A stretch of 63,427 nucleotides of DNA, counting the filler, from Sphacelaria rigidula (lineage: Eukaryota), in assembly GCA_964200075.2 (NCBI GenBank). It is 9 parts of 9 records of this genome, joined end to end, with 100 filler letters (N's around TTAATTAATTAA, not from the genome) between each part and the next. Parts side by side here need not be neighbours in the genome. Positions count along the whole stretch, not along the records: positions 49,412 to 56,369 come from CAXNAA020017209.1; positions 56,470 to 63,427 come from CAXNAA020017210.1; 7 more parts are not named here. One strand, written 5' to 3'. Position 1 is the first letter of the stretch. Each line of letters opens with the position of its first letter. Below, piece after piece: positions 49,470 to 62,664 of this stretch. Both the position numbers and the translations under genes were made by a program. The notes below the pieces were generated by a model. That model worked only from the letters and a program-made list of their open reading frames with translations, had not been told where the DNA came from and made no database searches.

Positions 49470-50512
49470 TTGCTTCCAATGCTCTCTACAACCTGATGCA
49501 CAAACGACCTACTTGGAAGGTTGGCGATTGGGTCTGGGTTCACAGCAGTTTGTCAACCGTTCGCCAAGGCACCGACAGAGCTGCCAACGAGACAATCTTG
49601 AAGACTAAGCTATCCCTCAACTGGACAGGACCATTCAAGATTCTGACCGTAGGGCCCTCGCCATCATCACCTGATGGCAAACCTGTTGGCGACAAACTTC
49701 TTTATCTCGATCTTCCTCGCGATTTTCAAGGACATGACGCCAAATCTCGCGTCTCTGTGCACCGTTGTAAACCTTGCATCAATCCGCATGACACTAGAGA
49801 CATGCCCAAATATCTGCCTGCCAGTCTTACGCAGTACGTACTTAACAGCTATTCGACCAAATCACCGCCTTATCACGATACTACCGACGATGTGACGGAA
49901 CAACCCCTTCGTCTCGCCGTGTCCCACATTTCTGGTCACAAGATCACCCGCGGTCGAGGCGGTAAGATTGCTGTCATGTACAAAACTCACTGACAAGTCC
50001 TTCGGAGAGCGTCTTGGGAACGCGAGTCCGACCTTCAGCTGCACCGCCGAGCTATTCTCCTGTACTGGACACCACCTCAGCAGCAACATCTTGCTAACAA
50101 GAAATGTCGCAACATGCGCCGCGGCGCAGTAGCACGCGAACTTCACCGTGACAAAGGTTTGCGCTTTGTCGCCGATGGCTATGAATTGGTAGCCACCCAG
50201 CATTGGAAAGAAAAGATCCGCGCAAAACAGGAAATCCTCCCCAAAGGCGCCTACCTCTGGTACAAAGGCAGCGACAACCTCTGGTGGCTAGGCCAGACCC
50301 ACTCCACAGACCTCATCGCGCCTAACACATACATCGTGCGCTTCATCGATGACCCCGGACCCGTGCAGCTCAAGCGCTGCCCAGAGCTCTATACCACCAG
50401 TCCATCCGCACCACGAGGGTCTTGGTGTCTTCAGCGACTCAAATCCAAAGGCCTCCGCCGCGGAATCCAACATAATATCGATCGCACACATGATGCCAAC
50501 GCACCGCTTTAA
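49470..50512 (+). pseudogene. Ty3/Gypsy integrase C-terminus: GPY/F module, chromodomain and a further aromatic beta-barrel-like module
   Basis: KVGDWVWV...KLSLNWTGPFKI; ISGHK..RG....MYKTH*...SWERE.DL (in-frame TGA at 49991 where W is expected); GAYLWYKGSDNLWWLG...YIVRFIDD. Confidence 0.8.
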
Positions 50513-53500
50513 GCTCCCACAGACCTTCTGCTTTCCAATCCACGACATTTTTCCTTTCTCTTTTATTTTCTCCCGCTGTCGTTGAGATATTTCCCCCTGC
50601 TTCCATCATCCAGGACACACCAGTGGCACCCACCAACTTCTTCAACAGCCTACAACCGGAGCTTCCTCGGCGCAGAACCACGGAAAACGAATGGAACTTG
50701 CTTGGAGCACCTTCATCCTCGACTACTGGAGCTTTTCGTATTCTCGCTTTTGGCTTTTTATATGACTGGCACTGGACCCCTTGCAGTCTTGGAGTTGCTT
50801 ATTCCCTTGCTTTCTCAGCCACCATGCGCTCGCCGCATGTGATTGACTTTTCGGCGGTTGACTTTGGTACCACCCACGTAGACGTTTTGCCCCTGGTGTG
50901 TTTTCCCTTTTGCCTCTGTATTTTGGCTAGCACGTCGAAGCATTTTGTGTTCGTCTGTTTAGTTCGCTAGCCCGCAGCAGCATTGTGTGCTCCTGCGTCT
51001 TCAAGCGCACTTGCGCTTTTCGGTGGCAGATTTCGCTTACCTTGTTTGAGGTGCGGGAGGATCGGGCAACGGAGTGGATATTGCCCTCGTCGTCTGGGGT
51101 GTACCTCCTTTTTGTAGCCACTACGGCCGAGTGCTTATATAGCATTGAGTTCGCCTTCCTTGTCGCTCAAGACTTGACGTGGAGAAAAGTTTCGTTGCGT
51201 TTCGACATTTCTCATCGCAACTGTAATAGAGGTTCGTCTGAATGGGCGAGTGGCATGAAGCTAGGAGGCGTTTATGATCAAATCTAGGATTTCATAGTTG
51301 CGGGTCTGATCAAGCTTGACTAGGCCGGATGTGAGGCTGATAAAAGGTACAGGCATGGGTTCTCGAGCCCTCCCGCTGTACTCGCTAAGGTGGAGCTGAC
51401 TGCTGAGCAATTGCTATAGCCAGAGAGAAGCTAAGAGAGCATTGAAAGGAGCGATAACGAATACGAGTGAACAAGAGTCTTTTGTATCAAGTGGGTATAG
51501 CTTACTGCGTGAAGCTATTGTAGTGTGACTTAATTTCGGACATAACCTGACCCTTGTCAGTGCCAGGGCTGATCTTACAGGCATCTGACGTGACCGGCTC
51601 GCACAAGAGAGTGCATCCCGCTTAACACTATAACATTGGTTCATTTTCGGACTGTATCCCAAACCCATTATACATTCAATCTCACCTAGACTGTATGCGA
51701 TCCAGTACTAGTACACGTGTACAAGGATCCCGTCCGGGCTATATTCGAATAGCCCCCCTGACTGGAGCTGGTCCTTGTCGCCTATCAATACACGGATCAA
51801 CTCACGACCCCTTGCTCACGCCAAATTCGAATGATGCTCACAACACAGTTACGATGAAAAGCAAAGACTTGGCAATGAAAAAGGCCATATCTTCCTGGGA
51901 AATAGTACGTCCTACGTTATATGTCCTCCCAATTCAATGTCAGTTTTTCAGATCTGTGCCATACGTCTGTCTAGGATGACCTGCGGGGCCGCAATCCGCA
52001 GGCATTCCCGTTGACAGTGCGGTCGGAGTGTTCCTTGCCGCCTCCAGGGGCGTACAGCTTATATTCGGTCGCTGAGCTGCTCGTACACGTTGAGATACGT
52101 AAATAAATGACTAGGAATGACTGGTCAGCTTCCTCGCGTGCATGCCTCAACATGGATTTTGAACTGGAGGCGGCAAGCTTAATTGTTACACGGTGGATGA
52201 TGACCCTGAATAGAAGGCTATAGGGTGATGCGATTGCGGGTCTGCCGAACCATTCTTAAGCCCAATGACGATTTATAAAAGATCAAGACGTTATCCACTC
52301 GCAAAGCGCACACGAGGTCAGAAAGAAAGAGAGACCAAACATTCGAATCCAAGGGCAAATATGACATATCGTCTCACGATAACTGATCTGCACTGCACCA
52401 TTGCTGACTGCTGAATGCGACATCACCCACCCTTCACCAAGGATGACCTACATGCTATACGCAATGCTCATTGCGTGCCGCTCTTCCGCAAAGCTATAAT
52501 CGACTCAACAAGCAAAAGGTATGCATGGTCCTGGCGTGATGTAGCGGGTTTGAATCATAACAGTAGCCGGTGTAAACTGTAATACGGGGTCCTAGGGTGG
52601 ATGCCTTGCGTACACAATGCAACCTATCTAGAGGCTACCTTCCACACCTAACGAATGCATAATTTGCTCCCGCGACATGGTGCCCGATTTGAGAGAGCAG
52701 GAGAGACAAACGCACGTACTTAGCGTCAGGTTCGCAGGATGAAATGTTGACCGCAGCCTGGCTCGCAATGAAGTGGATTTTTTACGGACTGTCTGTTACA
52801 ACCGAGTCAAGTGAACAATTCGCTGCCTCAACCCGCCTTTCATATTCAGTAGTTGTCATTGCGCTGTGATACATCTAAACTCTCTACGGCAAACACGGCG
52901 CGAGGTGCGCTGGAAAGGTGCGTGGGCAATCGTGCGGGTGCACGTCCTGCTCGCAGTTTTTGAGGCGGCATCAAAGCCCTGCCGAAACGAGGTGAAAAAA
53001 TCACACGTGGGTACAGCTAGCTGCCTGTACGCTCATTCAGTTATTGTAATATATTGTTATGGCAAAGACGCGCAAGGTATTACAGGGTGAGGCGAACAAA
53101 TTAAGCCAGCATGAAGCTGCCGTACCCTCGGAGATAGATGGTAACAGCGGTCTGCCTCGCAGCAGCACAAGGTGCAGCCCACTGCCAGATTTGTTTGCGT
53201 GTTGCGACCTTAGCAATTTTCCCAGCAGGATCCGCAGATTTTCTTGTGCCGGGGAGGCCCCCTGGACTGTTTTTTTTGTACTTGTCCGCAGAATGTTTGC
53301 ACAGTACTCACAACATCCATGAGACTTCAGGCCGCGCAGCAATGCACTTCGCCCCAGCGAACGAAGGCATACAACGAACCTTGCCAGTGTTGGCGTGGTC
53401 ACCTTTCCTAACCATTCTGCTTCTCTAGCATCAACATCGCAGTGCTGGTATCTGTGTCGTGCACAAACCAGGTTTTACTGCCACAATCAGTTGTCTCCCC

Positions 53501-54013
53501 GCGCACAAATGCTCATATATGCCTTCTTACTGATCGATACGAGTAATCGGCACACTGTTCTACGCAAGCTCAGTCGATGAGTCGGCAGTGCATCTTGAGA
53601 AACATCGAGCTGGGGTAAGCAACGGTGACTAATAATTACCCAAGGCTCTGAGCTCTCACACGACTGGCAAGTCAAACATGTGTGGTGCAACTATAGACTA
53701 CACGCATAATACAGGGCAGCATGATGAGAACTGTCCGTGAACAATAGATTTTGAGACATCGTTTCAAGGACTTGAAAGCTGGAAGACTACCCCGGCATAT
53801 GCAAATCAACTGGTTACTCCGCGGACTCAATACAACGGATGTGCCTTTTTTTTGTGCGAGTCAATGAGCATATTTTCCCACGCAGCGGCGACGATAAACT
53901 TTCGCATGAAAAGAGACTCATTACAAACCTCATGTATAATCTATGCATGATATCTACATTGTGCACACTTAACGAATCCATCAGTATGAAATGTTGACCC
54001 AAATGCCAAAATA

Positions 54014-54079
54014 CACCTTACATGCACTGCACAAAATAACACTAATCACCTTACATGCACTGCACAAAATAACACTAAT
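54014..54079. repeat. Perfect 33-bp tandem duplication
   Basis: CACCTTACATGCACTGCACAAAATAACACTAAT x2. Confidence 0.95.
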
Positions 54080-54485
54080 CGCCATTGGAAAAGTTTATCG
54101 TAACTCCCAGTAAAGAGAACGGTACACCCGGTTGTACTCTCCCACAAGCGACCCACACGCCGTATTTCCCCCCCAACCTTCCACGTGCTGGAGGTGCCTT
54201 CTCTTCAGGCTATTAGCGCATAAATATCTATTACAAATATGAGTCCCCACACCGCGCATACAACGTAGCGTAACCGACACTACGATCCACCAGACTCACA
54301 CCCAGTGCAACGCGTATTCTTCCGTGCACAACATTGCCCGAACAGTGATACATTGATTGCTTGCGAGACTAATCGGGGCTAATGAAGCTTTTTTTTTGCA
54401 AGACATAAGCTCAGTTCCTTTTGTTTTTAATCCCATTTCTTTTTTTTCTTCCCTTCTTGGACATGAACGGTAATAAAACGACATG

Positions 54486-54847
54486 TGTGGGAGATATCCC
54501 TTAGCAGTGACATATCAGAGACTGATATTACACATGTATACAGACGCCGTGCAAGCAGGGACGAGGTAGGAACGTTCCGGAAGGACCAGATTCCCCGAGG
54601 ACCCTGTAATGCCGACGAAACTAGACAACTCGGGGTGATGCAAAGAAGAGCCTAATATTCAGGACGGTCCAACATCCCCCGAGGAACCCGGTCGCCTCCA
54701 GCGACCACTCTGTGTCTGACCCACTTCTTGCCTACATCCCACAAGAGGAAATCATCGTCAGCTTCGGAGTTCCTTCGGCATCAGGACGATATCTCTTGGG
54801 ACAGCCTCTTCCTTAGCCTGTCCCCCCTCGGACACGTCCTCCTTACA
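54486..54847 (+). repeat. 5' LTR of an LTR retrotransposon, followed by a primer-binding site
   Basis: TG...CA ends; TGGCGACACCAGA starts at 54849; homologous LTR and PBS at 60724-61102. Confidence 0.85.
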
Positions 54848-54908
54848 CTGGCGACACCAGATTAGAACTCAAGTAAGACATCTAGTAGTAGAGCACACGT
54901 CTTTCATA

Positions 54909-56369
54909 GTGCCGAGAAAGAAATCCGCCCACAAAAAATCCACCAGAACAACTACTCAGGGAAGGGCCACCGCGAAGACCCTCCAACATCCAACCGCGGC
55001 CGTCACACCATCAGCTTCCACCTCGGTGGCGAAATCGGCAAAGTCCAGAGGCGCAGCACAGTCAGTAGTGCCTCCGCCGGCCGACACAACCCTGCCCGCT
55101 CAACCCCCGTATAGCCACGAGGGGGAAAGCGACAGCGACAACTCCGAGGACTCTGAGCGGAGCACCGATATCCGTCAGGTGTCCACCGGTAGGTTCGATG
55201 CGCTTCGCGACCCCACCAATCCATCCTCATCCTCTACACCAACCCCTACGCCACAACCCACCGTCAAAGAAAAGGCAGCAGAGCTCGCATATAGGGCGTT
55301 GGAGAGGAGTGACGAGGAGGGCAGGGAGCCAGCTCCGTGGATGATGCAAGCTTCGGGGTTTTCAGTACCGCAGGAACAGGGAGTTTCACAGGTATCGAAA
55401 TCGAGCAACCCAGTAGCGTCGGAAATAGAACATCTAAGTAACAGTACGATGCTACAAAATAATACAAGTAAACCCCAGGATAGTGTCGACGATCCAGTCG
55501 ATAATTTCGAGGTCGAACTGCCTGACACTACGCCGATCCAATCCACAAAGAGCTCAGGGACTTTGACGTTAGATCCGCCAACAAGCCTCACTAACGTACA
55601 AGAAAACAGCCACAACATAGAGCCTCTATCTAGTTCAGTGCTGACTTCGCCATCTACAAGCCATAGTAGCACCATGAGAACTCAAAAATTTTCGATGAAA
55701 CAATCGGATCTTCCATCAACGTTAATCCAAGAAGGAAAACGGAGTGAGGACGTGCCAGCAATTCTTGATGCGTTTCTCAATCGAGTTAGGATTCATGCCC
55801 CTGACGATTGCACAGAATCCACAGTACAACGGCATGCCATAAAACACTCACCACTTATTCTCAGAGGGTCAGCAGAAAAGCTATACACCCCTCTCGGAAG
55901 CGGAAAAGTAAAGTGGCGCCCACTAGCTGTACTGCAGGACCTCAACTCGAGAGAATACCGCACCCATCGCCCCGAAAAGATGAACAGAATGGGTAGCGGC
56001 CTACACCCATCGCTTCTCTCCATCAAACCAACTAGCACTGTTAGCCCGTGCGATAGCCGATCTGAAACAGAAAGAAGATCAGAACGTAGACGACTATGCA
56101 CTGGAGTGTACGACTTCGATGGACAGATTCGTGACCGAGGCCTTGCGAGTGAAATTCCCCGGCCACGACACGCTTCGCTTCATAATAGACGTGATCACAA
56201 CAGCAGCATTTGAGACCGGGCTCAAACCCCATATCAGAGTTAAAATAGTGAGAGAAGATAGTACGCTCGACTTCCAAACTGCGACAGCACGAGCGAAAAA
56301 ACACGAACAAAACAATCTTCGCACATGGCCAAACCAAACGGGAGACACTCCCCATGTCTCGGCCGCAAC
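54909..56369 (+). pseudogene. Gag-like ORF of the LTR element (frameshifted near 56000-56120, truncated by contig end)
   Basis: Long S/T/P-rich ORF directly after LTR and PBS; helical C-terminal part (FETGLKPHIRVKIVRE...FQTATARAKKHE) resembles gag capsid. Confidence 0.65.
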
Positions 56370-56469
56370 NNNNNNNNNNNNNNNNNNNNNNNNNNNNNNN
56401 NNNNNNNNNNNNNTTAATTAATTAANNNNNNNNNNNNNNNNNNNNNNNNNNNNNNNNNNNNNNNNNNNN
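56370..56469. other. Artificial contig spacer
   Basis: Same linker. Confidence 0.99.
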
Positions 56470-56519
56470 TTGGGGTGGATGCCCACGATCTCTCTTTCGA
56501 CAGAGACATTGCCGCCTCA

Positions 56520-59460
56520 TATATGCTCGAACCGGATTGGAAAGCTCGACGGGTATTTGCAGTACGGTTGAGTCGTGCAGTAAATTATTAACGTTGTGCA
56601 TCGGCCGTCAATTCTTCAGGACAGGGGACGCCCAATCATCCGCTCGGCTCATCACTGCGTTGGCAGTGATATCCCCCCACCACGTCCCTGACAGCACCTT
56701 ACTGACCTTACTGACAGCATCTTGACGCCCGAGATTTTCGTCTGGACACGAGCCTTGAGACAAACAATAGTGAAAACATCGTCGACAACCAAACAAACGT
56801 TGTTATGCTCCGTCGCCCGCAGCTAACCACAGATGGGCGACATGTGCAACCACGGACGCACTTTCTACTCCTCCCACAAATTGCACATCAGCAGCGTCGT
56901 GCGGTACTCCTGAGGGCTTTTTGTCACTCAACGGCTAGGGTCTTCAAACCTCATTTCATTGATGAACCTCATTTTATAGAATCCCCTGTTAAGTGCGTGG
57001 CGGTTTATCTCACCCACACACGCGGCACCCCCAAAGGTTTGCACCAATTTATTTAGCAAAGATGCAGGAGTCGATTCAGCAGTACACACTGCTGCTGGTT
57101 CCAGAGACACAAAGTTGCTCAAATCATTCATGATTACCAAAATGTATCGAAATTCAGCATTCTCGGACAAGCCTTGAGAAGCTGGCGGACCACTCTCACC
57201 CACGTACAAGAAGTATAGATGAACGACTTCATTCGGCATGGTCCCATGGACTGTTTCGCCGAGCGGGCGGGGAACAACATCGCCCGCCCTCGAGTCAGCA
57301 TAGTGAAGACACTGGCAGAAAAATTCGCGCACATGACTTTCTATCCCCTGCCAGACACAAACCTCTTGCAAGCGCACGAGCATCGCAGCCACACCACGAT
57401 GCCCGGCGTCGCGCATGTGTGCGCAAATCATCAGACGGACCTGCAACTGCTTGTCAGAACTCGGAATCCACTAAACGTTTCGGTCACGCACATGCACACG
57501 AAACAGACCTTCATTGTCCAAGACAGCAGTACCAACGTCCAACTCGAAAGATTGCACATCCCCGCCTTCGGTCCCAAGGTCTTTTCGCTGCTCTTCGCGG
57601 ACAATAGATTCAGACGGCATCGAATCATCAGGTTCACACGGACCATACACAGCCACAGCGCGAATGGGCAAAGCCGGAATATTCACCCAACGCGAAAGCG
57701 AGTCACCGTACGCGTTACGGTCACCCGACATATGGCAAATCGAGAAAGGATACTGGCCAAGAACAACTTTCCAACCCTCCAAACGTTGGGCCAATGCCTT
57801 CGACACAGACGTAACGCACGCTTCCGGGTTGAAAATACACACGAGATACCGGCGATCTGTGAAAATGTGCACGCCATCCCACAAAAGATGTCCCAAACCA
57901 CGAAAAGTGCTCATGATTGCAAAACCTTCATTGTCAATTGTGACCCAACGCAACTGCGAACCCTCGAAATTACCACGAAAGCCAGCGGCTCATGCGTAAA
58001 ATTCTCATTTGGCACGCTTCTTTGCATTTCAACTTTAGGCACCTGTATGACAAAACTACCCCAACGGCACTCAGATGCACCCGGAAACATGAACACCTGG
58101 CAATCAGGACGTGGATGGAACAGCGTCACGGCATAAGCCACCAGATCCTTCGCAACCGCCCACGCCTCGCAGCCTGCCCTCCGTCCACGATATAGCATGC
58201 TTCGGAAACGCCATATCTGGACTAGATCACTCCGGCTGCAGATTCCGTAACACCAACCCAAGTGTCAAAAGAGCCGCCATGCACGACGCCAACCAACTTG
58301 ACTTCACCGGATCGTACCGCCGCGGCTTCGCCTTCACCGCGGACGCCCCAGGTTTGAGCTGAACACGCATGAGCTCCACGCAAGCAGGAAGATCACCCCG
58401 CAGCGCACGACGAATGCGTTGACGCGGCGATTCGATATACCGCGCAGGAGCTCCGCTTTTGTAACGCTGAGGCCTTTCGCCACAGCATCCGTCATGCTCT
58501 CCTTCAGCGCGACCTTCCGAGGGACTCTTCTTCCGCCGCATCCATGAACATATCCGGGCGGCGCTTTACTAAGCGTTCCACGGCCGCATCTCGCTCCTCG
58601 GTCACCTTCCCCCCAGCCTCCTGAAAAATATCCACCCACAAACTCACGCGACGACTGCCCAAAAAGGCTGGCGTCTCCAAGCGCGGACCAGGCGGAGATC
58701 CGGGTTTTCATGGAGTTCCCCAACCGCGCATACGGGTGGACTTCAAGATCCTGTAGCGTCGGCAACCCCATTAGAATGACGCCATCCGACCCCGGCATGA
58801 TCGCAAACGAGATCGGAGGCAACGGCGCCGGCCCCCAGGCAGTCGTGGAAGGCAGCTGCAGCGGAACAGTACGTTCTGTGACATAAACATGCTGACTCGA
58901 CGAGGTGACGGCCTGCCGCGCCTCAAGTGAAAACGGAATGCGCAGCGGTACACCCGGGAGAAGACGCTCCAACATCTCTACAATCTGTACCGACAGACTC
59001 ACATGACCCGTCAAGTGGGCGTCAGAATCCCACTTAGCCCCAACCGCAATGGTTGCATGCTCCCGTTGATTTGAAAGACACAGCTCCGCAGGAACGTATT
59101 TGTGCGCAGACTCTACAGGTAATTTATTCGCCGACCGATGCGCCGCTAATCCCACTTGACGCCACGACTGCGCAAGCTGCGCAAGCTGCGCAAGCTGCGC
59201 AGGCGAAGACACCCCGGCAGGCTGAAACAGCACCGCCGGCGGGTACGATCCCCAGTCAGTCGACCAAGAGTTTGGCGAATCTCCAACCAGCCCATCAGCA
59301 GGCGTCGCGCCTGGTGCTGCTGCCGGTGTCGTCACCGGCACCACCATCGGCGTCGGCGCAGTGTTCGACACTATAGAAGTTGGCCCCACCTGCACCGCCC
59401 GTTGCGGAACAGTAGCACCTACAGCGGCGCCAGACCCAGAACCAGGCCCATGCTGACGCC

Positions 59461-59500
<40 letters not shown>

Positions 59501-60400
59501 AGAACTCGACTGCGACCTTTCACCGCCGGAGGATCCGCCGCAGCCACCCTGATTACATCGTCCTTTATCCTTGAGCTGACGATGCTGATGGCGCGCGGCA
59601 TGAGACTGCTCAGACCCTCCACCGGAAGACGTTAGGTAATCGCGCGCGTAATGCTCGACCTCGCCACAACAGTGGCAAATGCCCGCCGCATGCCCAGCAT
59701 GCTTTTTTTTTATCGCCGTAACCAACCGCGGCGGGGCGATGTGCTCATTTTATGCTCCACACGCGCAAAAACATGTTGCACATACGTTGGCACTTGTTGA
59801 GCCATCGACACTACCTGGTGTCGAAGTGCACCCCCTCCGTTAGCGTGCTTCACAGGCTTTCTGTACTCCGAGTACTTCGTATAAAAAGTGCAGGATCCAC
59901 TCTCGGAGTACCTATGCTCGTATTGAGGAGGTTAAACCTCTTCCCGCATGACCACGGGCGTCACGCTGGACGTACCACGCGAGCCGATCGTCATAGCTGC
60001 AACTAGTTACCTGCAAATCTTTTGCAGGCCAGCGGACCTTCGTGAATTGCACACTTCCTTGCTTCGTCGCCGCACCACACAGTTGTAGAAGCCTCCAAAC
60101 CCCCGCTGCACGCAGCTTCAGCAAGTCTCCAGTCTGGATCAATCATGGGTCAACCGCCTTTCTGCAGCTACCATCAGCTTGAAGCCCCTTCACGCGTCCG
60201 TGATGCTTCAGGTTGTCCCCAGTCGCCATACTCTCCGCCGACATCCTTCCAGCAGGGTTTGCTCGGTACTATTTTCAGCACTAATACTAGCACTACTATC
60301 GATATTGTGACGCCATCCAGAAAAAGGACTGGTGGATCACTGCTGTTGAGGGATTCCCCAGTCTTACTGGCCTCAGTTTCAGTTGTCAGCCTTCACAACA
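56520..60400 (-). mobile_element. Degraded Ty3/Gypsy element related to 42630-47200, with the RT core deleted
   Basis: Gag CHCCGEVEHY; KAKPRRYDPVKSSWLASCMAAL; RNase H FTDRRYLVCIFNPE, GDSLSRW; integrase AHMRDAGHRGV..W..C..C..PRPLGETVHG..PNEVVH. Confidence 0.9.
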
Positions 60401-60690
60401 TTTCATCATCATGGAGTGCTGTTCCAAGACATCCTCCTAGACACGCCAGGGTATCAACCTAGTGTCGCCGGTGATTATCCAGATCATCACTGCCAACGGT
60501 CATTATTCAGATCATCACTACTCGTACCAACTCAACGTATCGGTGTAATTTCGTCACAGTTCCCAATAACAGGAGAGATAAGTCGGGGATTTTGAGCAAG
60601 ATCAAATCAATAGGGAGAGAAGCCAACCTGAAGCCCTGTGTTCTAGGAAACGAAGTTATTCGAGAGACGTTTAGGTGAAGGACTCGTCCA

Positions 60691-60723
<33 letters not shown>

Positions 60724-60727
<4 letters not shown>

Positions 60728-61102
60728 GAAGACACCTCTTTGCAGTAACATATCAGAGATTGATGCCACATATGTATGAAGAACCAGCGCATGCAGGTGC
60801 AAGGTGGGAACGATTCGAAAGAACCAGATTACCGAGACCCCGCAATGCCAACGATACGAGACAACTCGGGGTGATGCCAGGAAGAGCCGCATTTCAGCAC
60901 GCCCCTGCATCCCCGAATGTAAGGGATCACCCCACCGTGATCACACTCCTGTCTGGCCCACTTCTTGCCTACATATCACAAGAAGAAATCATGGTCAGCC
61001 TCGGAGTTCCTTCGGCATCAGGATAACATCTCCAACGATAGTGTCCCCCGTAGGTCCCTGCCTACCCTAGCTATACGCCTTGGTCATATTGGCGACACCA
61101 GA
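60724..61102 (+). repeat. LTR plus PBS, second copy of the 54486-54847 family
   Basis: Shared CCCACTTCTTGCCTACAT..CACAAGA.GAAATCAT.GTCAGC.TCGGAGTTCCTTCGGCATCAGGA and TGGCGACACCAGA; abuts a (TA)n(TG)n tract. Confidence 0.85.
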
Positions 61103-62187
61103 GAAGAACTCAGGCAAGACAGACCGTAGGAGTGAAAATAAGAACGAGAACCGATTGGTCCGACGCCAGAAATACCAGGGTCCTCCAAGGAACGCTACTG
61201 CAGGTGAAACGTATGGGTCATGGGCTCATTTATTCGAGTTGAGAGGTTATTGGAGTAATGCGTTCGGATCAACGCGAAATTAACCCCCGCAGTGTGCACT
61301 CTATGTCACCTGCATGGCTAATCAAACAGGAAAACGCGAAATGATGCTCCTCTGTGTGCATTATATGTCACTTGCATGGCTAGTCGAACAGCGAAACGCA
61401 AAATCAGTCTCATCAGTGTGTTTTTTACGTCGACAGCATGGCTCGTCAAACAGCGGAGCCATACTTATCAACCAACCTTTCCCCAACATAGTGCAAGAGG
61501 CACAGCAATCGATGAAGTAGGCCGACCTCTATAAAACGTGGTGACTCGAAATAGCACGAACAAAACAATTTACCCAACCTACGAATGCACGACCTTGTCA
61601 TTCCCGGCCATTTAGCAAGCGAAAGAAGGAGGTGTGTGGGGCGGTCTCACTGCATGCCAGCTCAAGAGTTAAAAGGAGTTGAAAACTACAGACAGTTCAA
61701 TATTTAACACCTCAGTACGCATACAATGGAGATAAAGTGTCAGCCATCAGGTGAAGAATATCGAAGAGAGGCGGGTTTCCTAGTCAGTACGGTAACTCCT
61801 CCGGTGAGGCACCAACACAGCCCCTAGTTGCGACTTGAGAGTACATACTAGGATCGAAGAGAAGCTGAACAAGAGCACGATGAGAGTTGGTTCCTGAGCA
61901 GCCTTTGCAACAGCCGTAAAAAAAGCGATTAATCGGACAAGGGTCCATCATCGTCGAAAATGAAGCTCAACTTGTTGAGGCTCATATCAGGCTATACCCG
62001 TACCCCAATGAATCGGTAACGTTACATTCCACGTTGACACATGTTCAACCTTCCGCCAGAATAAACAACAACTTTATCAACACTTGCTGATGATTCCAAA
62101 TCGGAACTGCCTGTTATCCCTACAAAAGATCATCCGGTCACATCTAGTTCAGATGTAGCGCCTGGATACTGTACAACAGAAGAAGCG

Positions 62188-62664
62188 GTGGTGAAACAAG
62201 TGTCAAAACTCTGGAATACCGAACATGATAAAACGTTCGGAAAAATTAAACAATTGATGACCGAGGCACCCGTCATTCATTTTCCAGATTTCACTGAAGA
62301 CTTCACGATGAATGCCGATACGTCAGACCGAGGCGCAGAAGCGTACCTGTCCCAGAAGAAGGGCGGCGACAACGCAATCGTAGCATACTTTGGTCAACGT
62401 TTCAACGACGCTCATTACCGCTTATCACCCACCATGAAAGAATGCTATGTCGTCGTACTAATAGCAATTCAGCATTTCAGATTTTTCTTGTGGCGCCGTC
62501 ACTTCACGTATGTAACAAATCATGTAGCTTTTCGATATCTATGTGCAATGCAAGATACGAGCAACACGTTGACCCGTTGGGAAATCGATCTACAATCATA
62601 TAACTTCACGGTCAGACACAAACCGGAGAAACTTCATGTCATTCAAGACACCCTCTCACCATAA
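62188..62664 (+). pseudogene. Ty3/Gypsy RT-connection and RNase H remnant
   Basis: EAPVIHFPDF..DF....DTSDRG...YLSQ...YF.QRF......SPT.KECY...HFR.FL..RHF..VTNH....RW..DLQSYNFTVRHKP....D.LS. Confidence 0.88.

Noticed and set aside
57219-58136. 305-aa plus-strand ORF
   Set aside because: It is the antisense shadow of the Gypsy RNase H and integrase region.
59168-59202. 9-bp tandem repeat, and a (CTG)n run at about 59462-59499
   Set aside because: Low-complexity AQL and poly-Q coding expansions inside the Gypsy gag region, not independent features.
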